Below are positions 1 to 10,794 of a DNA stretch of 64,000 nucleotides, one piece after another. The notes beneath the pieces were generated by a model. That model ran no database searches, was not told where the DNA came from, and saw only the letters and a list, made by a program, of their open reading frames with translations. The stretch is from Polyangiales bacterium (GTDB lineage Bacteria; Myxococcota_A; Polyangia; Polyangiales; Polyangiaceae): contig JBBRNJ010000003.1 in the NCBI GenBank assembly GCA_038230375.1, positions 64,001 through 128,000 of the forward strand, in the 5' to 3' direction. Each line of letters begins with the position of its first letter. The first letter of the stretch is position 1. The translations under genes were made by a program, and so were the position numbers.

Positions 1-1063
<1,063 letters not shown>

Positions 1064-1200
1064 GCGCAAGCCGTGGGAGCGCCGACGATGCTACCTTACT
1101 GGCCGCACGCTTGCACGACGGCGCATACAGAGACGCGAGCCAGGGGCTCCGGCAGCACATCGTCGACGCGGACCTCGCGGTGTCGCAGCGGAAGGCGCGC

Positions 1201-2034
1201 ATGACGGATGCGCTGTCGCATCTGCTGCCGTCGGAGCTGCGGACGCGTATCGAGCAACTGTCGGCGATCGCGCTCCCCGACGACGCGTCGTTCGAGGTGC
1301 TCACGCGCGTGGCAGACCAGCGGCTGGAGCTCGTGGACACTCTCGATGAGGCGCTCGCCCTGGCACCAACGCTCGCCTCGGGGGTCACCCATGCAGCGGA
1401 CGGGACGCCGTCGCCGCCTTCGCAGGATGATACGTGGGGGCCCGCCGGTACAGAGGACGCGATCATCCCTCTTCGTGCCCAGGCGCAGCAGATCGTGGCG
1501 CACCTGGATCCCTCCGCGGGCGTCGTCACGAGAGGAGCGCGCATCACGGCGCGTATGACCGTGGAAGGCGTGGCCATCCTCTGGGTCGTCGAGCTGGGCG
1601 CGGCGGTCAACGTCAATGGTGGCCTTGAGGCCTCCATCACGTTCCTGCGCGCGCGCCATCTCGTCGAGATCAACGTGCCCACAGAGCTCCCGCGCATGCG
1701 CGTCCGACCCGAGGGGCTCGCCGACGGCGTGTTGAAGCTGCTCTCGCTGTCGCACGAGCTCGAGCTGGGCGACGAGAGCTTCGATCGCCTGTGCTTCGTG
1801 GAAGGCGATCCGGCATTCGCACCGCAGCTGCTCGTGGAGAACGTGAGGAGCCGCCTGGTCGCGCGCGTGAAGTGCGGAGCTTTTCGGTTCGCGCTCGACG
1901 GCGGCGTCGCGTCGCTCTCGTGGACGCGCTCCGGGCTGTCGCTCATCGCGAGCGAGGACGTCACTGCGTCGGTGCTCGTCGTAGCGGCGCTCCGTCAGGC
2001 TGCGACGAACGTCAAGTTGCTCCGCGATGCCTGA
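1201..2034 (+). CDS. Hypothetical protein
   Basis: ORF 1111-2034 with high-GC3 codon usage, ATG at 1201; no recognisable motif. Confidence 0.6.
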   Translation: MTDALSHLLPSELRTRIEQLSAIALPDDASFEVLTRVADQRLELVDTLDEALALAPTLASGVTHAADGTPSPPSQDDTWGPAGTEDAIIPLRAQAQQIVAHLDPSAGVVTRGARITARMTVEGVAILWVVELGAAVNVNGGLEASITFLRARHLVEINVPTELPRMRVRPEGLADGVLKLLSLSHELELGDESFDRLCFVEGDPAFAPQLLVENVRSRLVARVKCGAFRFALDGGVASLSWTRSGLSLIASEDVTASVLVVAALRQAATNVKLLRDA

Positions 2035-3508
2035 GTCCGCGCGGAACCAGAACGCGCGATAGCCCCGCGAAGGCGAGCTCGAACACGAGCGCAAGTGCGG
2101 CCGCCGGGAGCGCCCCGCGCAGGAGTAACCCCGTGTCGCGCAGGCTGATCCCCTGGAGGATCGGGTTGCCGAGTCCGTCCGCGCCCACGAGCGCCGCGAT
2201 GGTCGCTGTGCCCACGTTGATGACCGCGCTGGTCTTCACGCCGGCCAGGATCATGGGCGACGCGAGCGGGAGCGAGATCCGACGGAGCTTTGCCCACGCA
2301 GGCAGACCCAGCGCGTCAGCGGAGCGCATCAACTCCGGTGTGATGGTGGTGAGGCCCGTGTACGTGTTCCGCGCGATGGGCAAGAGACCATAGAGGAGCA
2401 GCGCCACGATCGCCGGCCGCGCTCCGATGCCCAGCAGCGGCACCAGCAGCGCAAGGAGGGCGAGCGACGGCACCGTCTGCAACACGCCCGTGAGCGTGAG
2501 CAGCAGCGGCCCCACGCGCGGTGAGCGGCTCGCAAGGACGCCGATGGGAATGCCGATGAGGATGGACGCGGCGAGCGACGCGAGCACGAGCTGCACGTGC
2601 CTGAACGTGTCCTTCGCGATCTCCGCCACGGCGCTCGGCGCGAGCGGGATGGCGCGCGCGCCTCCGGGGAGCAGCGTGGTGGCTGCCTTCTCCACGCTCT
2701 CGTGGTCCATGGCCATCATCGCGTTCGCGTGCGTCATGGCGCGCGTGTCCACTGCGCCGACCAGGCGCGACATGGAGGCAAAAGCAGCAGGCGCGCGCGT
2801 GGGCAGGTCCTGGCGATAGAGGAGTACCGCGTCGTAGCGTGGGAAGAAGGCCTTGTCGTCGGTGAGGAGCACAAGGCCCATGCGCTCGATCTGCGCGTCC
2901 GTCGTGTACACGTCCAGCACGTCGATGGAGCCGGTGCGGAGCGCCTCATACGCCAGCTCGTGCTGCACGCCACGCACGCTCTCTGCGGACAGGCCGTAGC
3001 GCGCCGTCAGCCCGGGGAGGCCGTCCTTGCGCCCGATGAACTCGTGGCTGAGGCCCAGGCGCAGCTCGCGATGCCGCGCGAGATCGCTCAGCGAGTGCAC
3101 GTCGCTCTTCGTGGCAATGTCGGGGAGGGTGGCGAGCGCGTAGCTGTCGTCGAAGCCCAGGCGTTCGCTCATCCCGATTCCCATGGCCGCCAGGGCCTGC
3201 CGCCGCTGCCCATCCTGCGGGTGCTCGCGGAGGAGCACCTCGTCGATCGTGCCCGTGTACTCTACATAGATATCGATCGCGCCCGAGCGCAGCGCCGCGA
3301 GCGTGATCTCCGTGCCGCCGAGGTTCTTCGCGTGCGTCGCCTCCGCGCCGGATTCGGCCGCCAGCGCGCGCAGGGCCTCACCCAGGATCCACGACTCCGG
3401 GAACGCCTTGGACCCCGCCGTGACGCGCGCGCCGCCGTCTGCTTGCGCCACGCGCGGCGCGAGCAGCGCAAACGCCAAGAGGAGCAGCACGGAGAGCGCG
3501 CGCTTCAT
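2012..3508 (-). CDS. Glycine betaine/osmoprotectant ABC transporter, fused substrate-binding and permease protein
   Basis: Signal peptide, GSKAFPESWILGE and IDIYVEYTGT (OpuAC-type), C-terminal permease QTVPSLALLA and GADGLGNPILQG. Confidence 0.9.
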   Translation of the reverse strand: MKRALSVLLLLAFALLAPRVAQADGGARVTAGSKAFPESWILGEALRALAAESGAEATHAKNLGGTEITLAALRSGAIDIYVEYTGTIDEVLLREHPQDGQRRQALAAMGIGMSERLGFDDSYALATLPDIATKSDVHSLSDLARHRELRLGLSHEFIGRKDGLPGLTARYGLSAESVRGVQHELAYEALRTGSIDVLDVYTTDAQIERMGLVLLTDDKAFFPRYDAVLLYRQDLPTRAPAAFASMSRLVGAVDTRAMTHANAMMAMDHESVEKAATTLLPGGARAIPLAPSAVAEIAKDTFRHVQLVLASLAASILIGIPIGVLASRSPRVGPLLLTLTGVLQTVPSLALLALLVPLLGIGARPAIVALLLYGLLPIARNTYTGLTTITPELMRSADALGLPAWAKLRRISLPLASPMILAGVKTSAVINVGTATIAALVGADGLGNPILQGISLRDTGLLLRGALPAAALALVFELAFAGLSRVLVPRGLRHRGAT

Positions 3509-4290
3509 GCCTGCTCCGTGGTGGGCGTCGCGCCGTTGCCGAGCAGCTCCGCGACGAATGGCGTCTTCGGCGAATGCGTGAGCTCGGACATGGTGCCGCG
3601 TTGCACGATCTTGCCCTCCGCCATCACGACGATCTCGTCGGCAAGGGCAGCCGCTTCTGCTGCGTCGTGCGTGACGAGCAGCACGCTCTTGCCAAGGCGC
3701 ACGATGATCCCGCGCAGCTCCTTCTGGAGACGTCTCCGCACCACCGCGTCGAGCGCACCGAGCGGCTCGTCCAGCAGCAGCAGCGGCGGATCCAGCAGTA
3801 GCGCGCGCATGAGCCCCACGCGCTGGCGCTGTCCGCCGGAGAGCTCACCCGGGTAACGGTCGAGCGTGTCGCTCGTCAGGCCCACGAGCTCACGCAGCTC
3901 ACCGATGCGCTTCTTTTCGCGGTCGCGCTCCCAGCCAAGGTGCTCCGACATGATCGCCACGTTGCGCCGCGCAGTCAGGTGCGGAAAGAGACCGCCCTCC
4001 TGGATCACGTAGCCGATGCGATGCCGCAGAGAGCGTATGGACGCTGGCGTCATCTCCTCGCCGAGCACGCGTACCGTCCCCGTGTCGGGCGCGATCAACC
4101 CCATCACCAGGTGCAGCAACGTCGACTTCCCGGAGCCGCTTCCGCCGAGCAGCGCCAGGCGCGTGCCGGCGGCCAGCGTGAAGTCGGTCTCCGCGAGCGC
4201 GACCACGGCGCCGCCTCGTGCCTGGTAGACCTTCTTGACGCCGGTGAGCGTGATGGCATCCGCCGGCGTTGCTTTGGCGTCGTTCTCCAA
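3505..4290 (-). CDS. Osmoprotectant ABC transporter ATP-binding protein
   Basis: GGSGSGKST, IGYVIQEGGLFPH, LSGGQRQRVG, LLLDEPLGALD; 4-bp overlap with the permease gene; TTG start uncertain. Confidence 0.92.
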   Translation of the reverse strand: MENDAKATPADAITLTGVKKVYQARGGAVVALAETDFTLAAGTRLALLGGSGSGKSTLLHLVMGLIAPDTGTVRVLGEEMTPASIRSLRHRIGYVIQEGGLFPHLTARRNVAIMSEHLGWERDREKKRIGELRELVGLTSDTLDRYPGELSGGQRQRVGLMRALLLDPPLLLLDEPLGALDAVVRRRLQKELRGIIVRLGKSVLLVTHDAAEAAALADEIVVMAEGKIVQRGTMSELTHSPKTPFVAELLGNGATPTTEQA

Positions 4291-4333
4291 ACGAGCCGAA
4301 CTCTATCAGAGCGGTGGTACCCTTGCGGGTCCT

Positions 4334-7300
4334 ATGGGTAAGACGCGCCAAGGCAAACCCGTGGAGAAGGACGTCCTCGCGTCCTTTCACCCCGCCGTGG
4401 GCGAGTGGTTCACGGGTGCGCTCGGCGTGCCCACGCCCGTGCAGGCGCTCGCGTGGCCGCACATCCAGCGCGGTGAGTCCACGCTGCTGCTCTCACCCAC
4501 CGGCTCAGGCAAGACGCTTGCGGCGTTCCTGGCCGCAGTGGATCGGCTGGGCAGCTCGCCCCGTCCCGCGGACGAGCCTCCGCGTACGCGTGTACTCTAC
4601 ATCTCGCCGCTGAAGGCGCTCGCGGTGGACGTGGAGAAGAACCTGCGCGCGCCGCTCGTGGGTATCGCGGAGGTGGCGCACGGCGGCGACAGCCCATTCC
4701 GGAAGCTGACCGCGCAGGTGCGCACGGGTGACACGCCTGCGCTCGAACGCGCGCAGATGCAGCGCACGCCGCCGGACATCCTGATCACCACGCCGGAGTC
4801 GCTGTTCCTGATGCTCACGTCGCAGCAGCGCGCGCTGCTCACGCACGTGGAGGTCGTCATCATCGACGAGATCCACCAGATGGTGGCGAGCAAGCGCGGC
4901 GTGCACCTCTTCCTGTCGCTCGAGCGGCTCTGCGCGCTGATGCCGGAGCGAAAGCTCCAGCGCATCGGGCTGTCGGCCACGCAGCGCCCGCTCGACGAGA
5001 TCGCGCGGCTGCTGGGCGGCTTCTCGCGTCCTTTCGTGCAGCGGCCCGTGGCGGTGGTGGATGCCTCCCACAAGAAGGCGCTCTCGATCACGGTCGAGGA
5101 GGTCGCGCCGCTGCCCGCGGAGGCCCCCGTCGGAGATCACGGAGACGACGACATGCTGCCGCTCGGCGGCGACGACGCGCCCGAAGAGGACAGCCGTTCG
5201 ATCTGGCCGGCCGTGCATGCACGCCTGGTCGAGCGCGTCCGCGCGGCGCGCTCCACGATGATCTTCACGAACAGCCGCAGACTGTCCGAGCGCCTTGCCT
5301 CTGCCCTGAACGAGACCGCAGGCGAGGAGATCGCGCTCGCGCACCACGGCAGCATCGCGAAGGACGTGCGCCGCGCGATCGAGGAGCGCCTGAAAGCCGG
5401 CAATTTGCCTGCGATCGTGGCCACGTCGTCGCTGGAGCTCGGCATCGACATGGGCGCGGTGGACCAGGTCATCCAGGTGGAGGCGCCGCCGTCCGTTGCG
5501 TCGGGCATCCAGCGCATCGGCCGCGCGAGCCACCACGTGGGCGGCGTCCCGTCCGGTATCCTGGTGCCAAAACACAAACACGATCTGCTCGCATGCGCGG
5601 CCGCGGCGGCTGGAATCGAGGCAGGCGACGTGGAGACCACGCGCTATCCAAAGAACCCGCTCGACGTGCTCGCACAGCAGATCGTCGCGATCGTCGCGGT
5701 CGGCATGGCGCCGCCGCCCGAGAAGCGCGCGAAGGGCAGGGCCGGCAAGAAGGCCCGCAACGTGCGCCTCGGCCTGGAGCCCGCGCATGCCGTGGATGTC
5801 GAGGAGCTGTGGGCGCTGGTCCGTCGCGCGGCTCCTTTCGCCGACCTGCCTCGTCAGAGCTTCGATGGTCTGCTCGACATGCTCTCTGGCCTGTACCCCA
5901 GCGACGAGTTCTATGATCTGCGGCCGCGCATCACCTGGGATCGCACGAAGAACACGCTGTCTCCGCGCGCCGGTGCGCAGCGGCTCGCGATCCTGAACGC
6001 TGGCACCATCCCCGACCGCGGCCTCTACGGTGTGTTCCTCTCCGACGACTCCGGCTCCGATGGCGAGGTCGCGCGCGGCAGCTCGAAGCAGAAGCCTGCG
6101 CGCCGCGTCGGTGAGCTGGACGAGGAGATGGTCTTCGAGCTGCGCGAGGGCGAGGTCTTTCTTCTTGGCGCTTCATCCTGGCGCACCGATCGCATCACGC
6201 GGGACCGCGTGCTCGTGACGCCTGCCGCTGGAATGCCTGGAAAAATGCCGTTCTGGCACGGTGACCGCGCGGGACGAACGGCCGCGTTCGGCGAGCGAAT
6301 CGGCGCGCTCACGCGTCGCGTGGCGGAGAGCACCACGAAGGCGTCGCAGGCGTTTCTCCGGAGCGACCATCATCTGGATGCGCGCGCCGCGGACACGCTC
6401 ACCACGTACGTGCATGACCAGAAGCGCGCGACGGGTGCCGTGCCGTCGGACCGCACCATCATCGTGGAGCGCGTCCCGGACGAGCTCGGCGACCTGCGGA
6501 TCTGCATCCTGTCGCCGTGGGGTAGCCGTGTGCACGCGCCATGGGCCATGGCAGTGCTCGCGCGATTGCGTGAGGCACGCGCCGGCGACATCGAGGGCGT
6601 ATGGTCCGACGACGGCATTGTCTTCCGCGTTCCCGGGGGCGAAGCGCCGCCAGACACGGAGCTGCTCTTCCCGCGTCCAGGCGAGATCGAGGAGATCGTC
6701 ACGCGTGAGCTCGCGCAGAGCTCGCTCTTTGCGGCGCGGTTCCGCGAGTCTGCTGCGCGCGCGCTCCTGCTCCCGCGTCAGACAATGGGGAAGCGGACGC
6801 CGCTGTGGGCGCAGCGCAAGCGTGCTGCGGACTTGCTCTCGGTGGCCATGCAGTATCCGTCGTTCCCGATCGTGCTCGAGACGTATCGCGAGGTGCTCTC
6901 GGACGCGTTCGATCTGCCCGCGCTGACGGCCGTCCTCGCCGCAGTGGAGAGCCGCAAGATCAAGGTCACCGCGAAGGACTCGGACATTGCTTCGCCCTTT
7001 GCCGCGTCGCTGCTCTTCTCGTTCGTGGGCAACTTCATCTACGACGAGGACGCGCCAGCGGCCGAGCGCCGCGCCCACGCGCTCACGATCGATCACGCAC
7101 AGCTGCGCGAGCTCCTGGGCGAGTCGGAGCTCCGAAAGCTGCTCGACCCCGATGCCGTGAACGATCACGAGCACATGCTCCAGCGGCGCGAATATCCGCT
7201 CAAACATGGTGATGGCGTCTGCGATCTGCTCCGCTGGCTCGGCGACCTGCCGAAGGACGAGCTGCTCGCGCGCGCCCTTGATCGCAAGGGCCTCGAGAAG

Positions 7301-9016
7301 GAGCTCGCGGGTCTGCTCACCGCGCAGCGCGTGCTCGTGGTCCGCATCGGCGGCAAGGATCGACTGATCGCCGTGGAGGACGCGGGCCGCTACAGGGATG
7401 CGCTGGGCGTCGTACTTCCGCGCGGGCTGCCGGACGTGTTCACCGAGAAGACGAAGGACGCGTTGCTCTCGCTCGTGCAGCGGCATGCGCGCACGCACGG
7501 TCCGTTCATCGCAAAGGACGTGGCGACGCGCTTCGGCATTGGCGTTGCCAGCGTGGAGGTCGCGCTGGCGGAGCTCGTGCGCAAGGGTCAGCTCGTCACG
7601 GGGACGTTCCTCTCGGGTTCGCGCGAGGGTGCGACGGAGTACGTGAGCCAGGACGTGCTCACCGCCATCAAGCAGAAGACGCTGGCCAAGCTGCGGAAGG
7701 CGATCGAGCCCGTCGACGGCGCAACGTTCGCGCGGTTCCTCTTCGACTGGCAGGGCCTGTCCCGAGGTCGCAACACCACACGTGGCAACGATGCGCTGGT
7801 GAAGGCGCTCTCGCAGCTCGAGGGCTGTCCCATCCCGGTGTCCGTGCTGGAGAAGGAGGTGCTCCCCGCGCGCGTCCCAGGCTACCAGCCGGCCATGCTC
7901 GACCAGATGCTCGCGAGCGGTGAGATCGTGTGGGCGGGCATCGAGCCCATCGGCCAGAAGGACGGACGCGTGGCGCTCTACTTCGCCGAGCGCGAGCCGC
8001 TGCTGTCGCGCGACGTCCCCGCGGATGCGCCGAAGGGTCCGCTGCACGAGCGCCTGCGTGAGGTCTTCGAGCGACGCGGAGCCGTATTTTTCAGCGAGAT
8101 CGCGCGCACGCTCGGCGGCTACCCGGACGAGGCGCTGGAGGCGCTCTGGGATCTGGTGTGGTCGGGCGAGGTCACGAACGACAGCTTCGAGCCTCTGCGG
8201 TTCCTCTCCTCGCGCGACGAGAAGCGTCCCCGCCCGGGGCATCCGGTCTTTCGTGCGCCGCGCGGAGGCGAGGGGCGCTGGTCGCTCAGGCGTTCGCGCT
8301 GGGCCGCACAGCCAACGGAGACGGAGCGCGCTTCGGCCATCGCGCGCTCGCTGCTCGAGCGCTACGGCGTGGTCCTGCGCGAGGCGCCCGCAGCAGAGGG
8401 ACTCGTGGGCGGCTTCGCGAACGTCTACGACGTGTACCGCGCGATGGAGGATCAAGCCCGTGTGCGTCGCGGCTACTTCGTTGCGGGGCGCGGCGCAACG
8501 CAGTTCGCGCTGCCAGGTGCGGAGGAGCGGCTGCGTTCGCGGGGCCGCGGTCTGCTGGCAGGTGACGAAGACGGTCTGGACAAGGGCCGCGTGCTCGCCA
8601 CCACGGATCCCGCGAACCCATACGGCGCGCTGCTTCCCTGGCCCGGACCTGCGGGCCGAGCGGTGCAACGCGCACCGGGCACGCGCGTGGTGCTGTCGGA
8701 TGGAGAGCTCCTTGGCTGGCTCGGACGCGGTGGAAAGAACCTGGTCACGTTCTTCGGCGCAGACGACATTGACTTCGCGACGAAGGCGCAGTCGCTCGCG
8801 GACCTGCTCTCCGCGCACGCGCAGCGAAGATGGAAGAGCGCGATCCTTGTGACCATCGACGGCGCGCCGGCACCCGAGAGCCCGCTCGCGAAGGTGCTCG
8901 CCAGTCGCGGATTCGTCTCCCGCCAGGGGCAGCTGGTGCGCATGGTTCGAAGTCAGGACGCGCCCTCCTCCCTCGTGTCCACGCTCCGGCAAGAGATCGC
9001 TGGAAGCGACAGCTGA
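4334..9016 (+). CDS. lhr: Lhr-family ATP-dependent DEAD/H helicase, long form with C-terminal domain
   Basis: SPTGSGKTLAAF, YISPLKAL, ITTPESL, DEIH, GLSAT, HHGS, TSSLELGID, QRIGRA, TIPDRGLY, C-terminal DPANPYG; ATG 4334 (alternative GTG 4361). Confidence 0.93.
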   Translation: MGKTRQGKPVEKDVLASFHPAVGEWFTGALGVPTPVQALAWPHIQRGESTLLLSPTGSGKTLAAFLAAVDRLGSSPRPADEPPRTRVLYISPLKALAVDVEKNLRAPLVGIAEVAHGGDSPFRKLTAQVRTGDTPALERAQMQRTPPDILITTPESLFLMLTSQQRALLTHVEVVIIDEIHQMVASKRGVHLFLSLERLCALMPERKLQRIGLSATQRPLDEIARLLGGFSRPFVQRPVAVVDASHKKALSITVEEVAPLPAEAPVGDHGDDDMLPLGGDDAPEEDSRSIWPAVHARLVERVRAARSTMIFTNSRRLSERLASALNETAGEEIALAHHGSIAKDVRRAIEERLKAGNLPAIVATSSLELGIDMGAVDQVIQVEAPPSVASGIQRIGRASHHVGGVPSGILVPKHKHDLLACAAAAAGIEAGDVETTRYPKNPLDVLAQQIVAIVAVGMAPPPEKRAKGRAGKKARNVRLGLEPAHAVDVEELWALVRRAAPFADLPRQSFDGLLDMLSGLYPSDEFYDLRPRITWDRTKNTLSPRAGAQRLAILNAGTIPDRGLYGVFLSDDSGSDGEVARGSSKQKPARRVGELDEEMVFELREGEVFLLGASSWRTDRITRDRVLVTPAAGMPGKMPFWHGDRAGRTAAFGERIGALTRRVAESTTKASQAFLRSDHHLDARAADTLTTYVHDQKRATGAVPSDRTIIVERVPDELGDLRICILSPWGSRVHAPWAMAVLARLREARAGDIEGVWSDDGIVFRVPGGEAPPDTELLFPRPGEIEEIVTRELAQSSLFAARFRESAARALLLPRQTMGKRTPLWAQRKRAADLLSVAMQYPSFPIVLETYREVLSDAFDLPALTAVLAAVESRKIKVTAKDSDIASPFAASLLFSFVGNFIYDEDAPAAERRAHALTIDHAQLRELLGESELRKLLDPDAVNDHEHMLQRREYPLKHGDGVCDLLRWLGDLPKDELLARALDRKGLEKELAGLLTAQRVLVVRIGGKDRLIAVEDAGRYRDALGVVLPRGLPDVFTEKTKDALLSLVQRHARTHGPFIAKDVATRFGIGVASVEVALAELVRKGQLVTGTFLSGSREGATEYVSQDVLTAIKQKTLAKLRKAIEPVDGATFARFLFDWQGLSRGRNTTRGNDALVKALSQLEGCPIPVSVLEKEVLPARVPGYQPAMLDQMLASGEIVWAGIEPIGQKDGRVALYFAEREPLLSRDVPADAPKGPLHERLREVFERRGAVFFSEIARTLGGYPDEALEALWDLVWSGEVTNDSFEPLRFLSSRDEKRPRPGHPVFRAPRGGEGRWSLRRSRWAAQPTETERASAIARSLLERYGVVLREAPAAEGLVGGFANVYDVYRAMEDQARVRRGYFVAGRGATQFALPGAEERLRSRGRGLLAGDEDGLDKGRVLATTDPANPYGALLPWPGPAGRAVQRAPGTRVVLSDGELLGWLGRGGKNLVTFFGADDIDFATKAQSLADLLSAHAQRRWKSAILVTIDGAPAPESPLAKVLASRGFVSRQGQLVRMVRSQDAPSSLVSTLRQEIAGSDS

Positions 9017-9094
9017 CCGCTCTTCGATTCAGAGCACGCCGGCCAACATTCTTCTGCGGTTCACTTCGGAGCTCGAGCGGTGTACGAGTCGGCC

Positions 9095-9958
9095 ATGCCC
9101 GAGGGCGACACGATCTTCCGGCTCGCGGAGAAGGTGCGCGGCGCCGTGCTCGGGAAGGCCGTCACTGCGTTCTCCACGCACGCCATTCCGGATGACGTGG
9201 CGCGTACCGTGGTGGGGCATGTCGTGGTGGAGGTGGTGTCGCGCGGCAAGAACCTTCTCGTTCGTTTCGACGACGGACGCACGCTGCACATCCATCTGCG
9301 CATGCTTGGCCGTGTCGTGGTCCGACGAGGCAACGTCGTCGCGATGACGGCGCGCCCACCGCAGCTCGTCCTGGATGTCCCCGGCGCGAGCATTCGCGGC
9401 AGCCGCATCCCCGTGCTCCGCCTGCTGCGGGCCGGGGCAGAGGCGCGTGCAGATGACCTTCGTTCGCTCGGGCCCGATCTCCTCTCGCCGGAGTTCGACG
9501 AAGAGGAGGCGCTGCGACGGTTGCGCGCGCTCGCGAAGCGACCCATCGGCGAGGCGGTGATGATGCAACGTGCAGTCGCAGGCATCGGCAACGTCTACAA
9601 GTCCGAGGTGCTATTTCTGGAGCGAATCGATCCTCGCGCGCCGGTCGCCACGCTCGACAAGAGCGCGCTGCGAGGGATCCTTCACCGCGCGCGCGCGCTG
9701 CTCGCAGCGAACGTGAAGGGCGGCCCGCGCATCACGCGCAACAGCCTCGCGGGGCCGCGCACCTGGGTCTACGCTCGCGCACGGAAGGCGTGCTTCGTCT
9801 GTCATGGGCCGATCGCGATGGTGCAGCAAGGCACGCCACCTGGGCGAACGACCTACTTCTGTCCGCGCTGCCAGGACGCGACGCGCGCGAACGCGACATC
9901 CGCCGCTCGGCTCACGCCTCCTCAGCGACGGACACGCGCAGCGTCCCGAGATCCGTGA
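9095..9958 (+). CDS. nei: Fpg/Nei-family DNA glycosylase/AP lyase
   Basis: N-terminal MPEGD (catalytic Pro2/Glu3), RGKNL, HLRMLG, H2TH AGIGNVYKSE, zinc finger CFVC...CPRCQ. Confidence 0.92.
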   Translation: MPEGDTIFRLAEKVRGAVLGKAVTAFSTHAIPDDVARTVVGHVVVEVVSRGKNLLVRFDDGRTLHIHLRMLGRVVVRRGNVVAMTARPPQLVLDVPGASIRGSRIPVLRLLRAGAEARADDLRSLGPDLLSPEFDEEEALRRLRALAKRPIGEAVMMQRAVAGIGNVYKSEVLFLERIDPRAPVATLDKSALRGILHRARALLAANVKGGPRITRNSLAGPRTWVYARARKACFVCHGPIAMVQQGTPPGRTTYFCPRCQDATRANATSAARLTPPQRRTRAASRDP

Positions 9959-10676
9959 CCTCCACCTCGACCGCGTCACCAGACACGATCGGGCCCACGC
10001 CCTCGGGCGAGCCGCTGAGGAACAGGTCGCCCGCATCGATGGTCATCGACTGGCTCACGTGCGCGATGAAGGTGGGGATGTCGAAGATCATGTCCGTGGT
10101 GCGCCCGTTCTGCTTCACGACGGCGTTCACGCGGCAGATGACCGACGCCGCGGCAACGTCGAGCTCCGTCTCGATGAACGGGCCCACTGGACAGAACGTG
10201 TCGGAGCCCTTCGCGCGCCACCACTGCCCGTCGCCCTTCTGCCAGTCACGCGCCGACACGTCGAGCGCGCACGTGTAGCCGAAGATGGCTGCCTGCGCCT
10301 CGTCGCGGCTCGCCTTCTTCAGCGTCTTGCCGATGACGATCGCGAGCTCACCTTCGTGCTCCACGCGGGTAGCGCCCTTCGGCAGGATGACCTTGTCACC
10401 GGGCCCCACCAGGGAGCTCGACGGCTTCAGGAAGATCATGGGCTCCTTCGGCAGCTCGTTGCCCATCTCCTTTGCATGCGCCGCATAGTTGCGACCGACG
10501 CAGAGGATCTTGCGAGGAGACACGGGGCACCCCAGGTCCGCCTCGGAGAAATCGTGCACCTTTGCCGTTTCCTTCCCGCCTAGCCACGGCGGAGCGCCGT
10601 ACACGATTGCCTTGTCACCATCGAAGCGGCAGAAGAGTCGGCCCATGTTCCGGTCGATGATGATCCCGAATCGCAT
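9912..10676 (-). CDS. Fumarylacetoacetate hydrolase family protein
   Basis: KILCVGRNYAAHAKE, FLKPSSS, EHEGELAIVIG, DVSARD, KGSDTFCPVGP, GSPEGVG. Confidence 0.93.
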   Translation of the reverse strand: MRFGIIIDRNMGRLFCRFDGDKAIVYGAPPWLGGKETAKVHDFSEADLGCPVSPRKILCVGRNYAAHAKEMGNELPKEPMIFLKPSSSLVGPGDKVILPKGATRVEHEGELAIVIGKTLKKASRDEAQAAIFGYTCALDVSARDWQKGDGQWWRAKGSDTFCPVGPFIETELDVAAASVICRVNAVVKQNGRTTDMIFDIPTFIAHVSQSMTIDAGDLFLSGSPEGVGPIVSGDAVEVEVTDLGTLRVSVAEEA

Positions 10677-10688
10677 GGGCTCATCCTA

Positions 10689-10794
10689 GGTCGAGGTCGG
10701 GGTCGAGGTCGAGGTCGAGGTCGAGGTCGAGGTCGAGGTCGAGGTCGAGGTCGAAGTCGAGGTCGAGGTCGAGGTCGAGGTCCGGGTCGGGGTC
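10689..10794. repeat. Intergenic hexamer tandem repeat (GGTCGA)n, 17 full units plus a partial unit
   Basis: Read directly; variants GGTCGG (x2), AGTCGA, GGTCCG. Confidence 0.97.

Noticed and set aside
6173..8992. 939-aa minus-strand ORF and similar long ORFs (33438-35987, 28914-31283, 49004-51001)
   Set aside because: Shadows of well-supported genes, expected at high GC; Arg/Ala-rich with no motifs
9912..9958. 47-bp convergent overlap of the nei and FAH 3' ends
   Set aside because: The nei tail after the zinc finger looks like a non-conserved extension, common in GC-rich genomes
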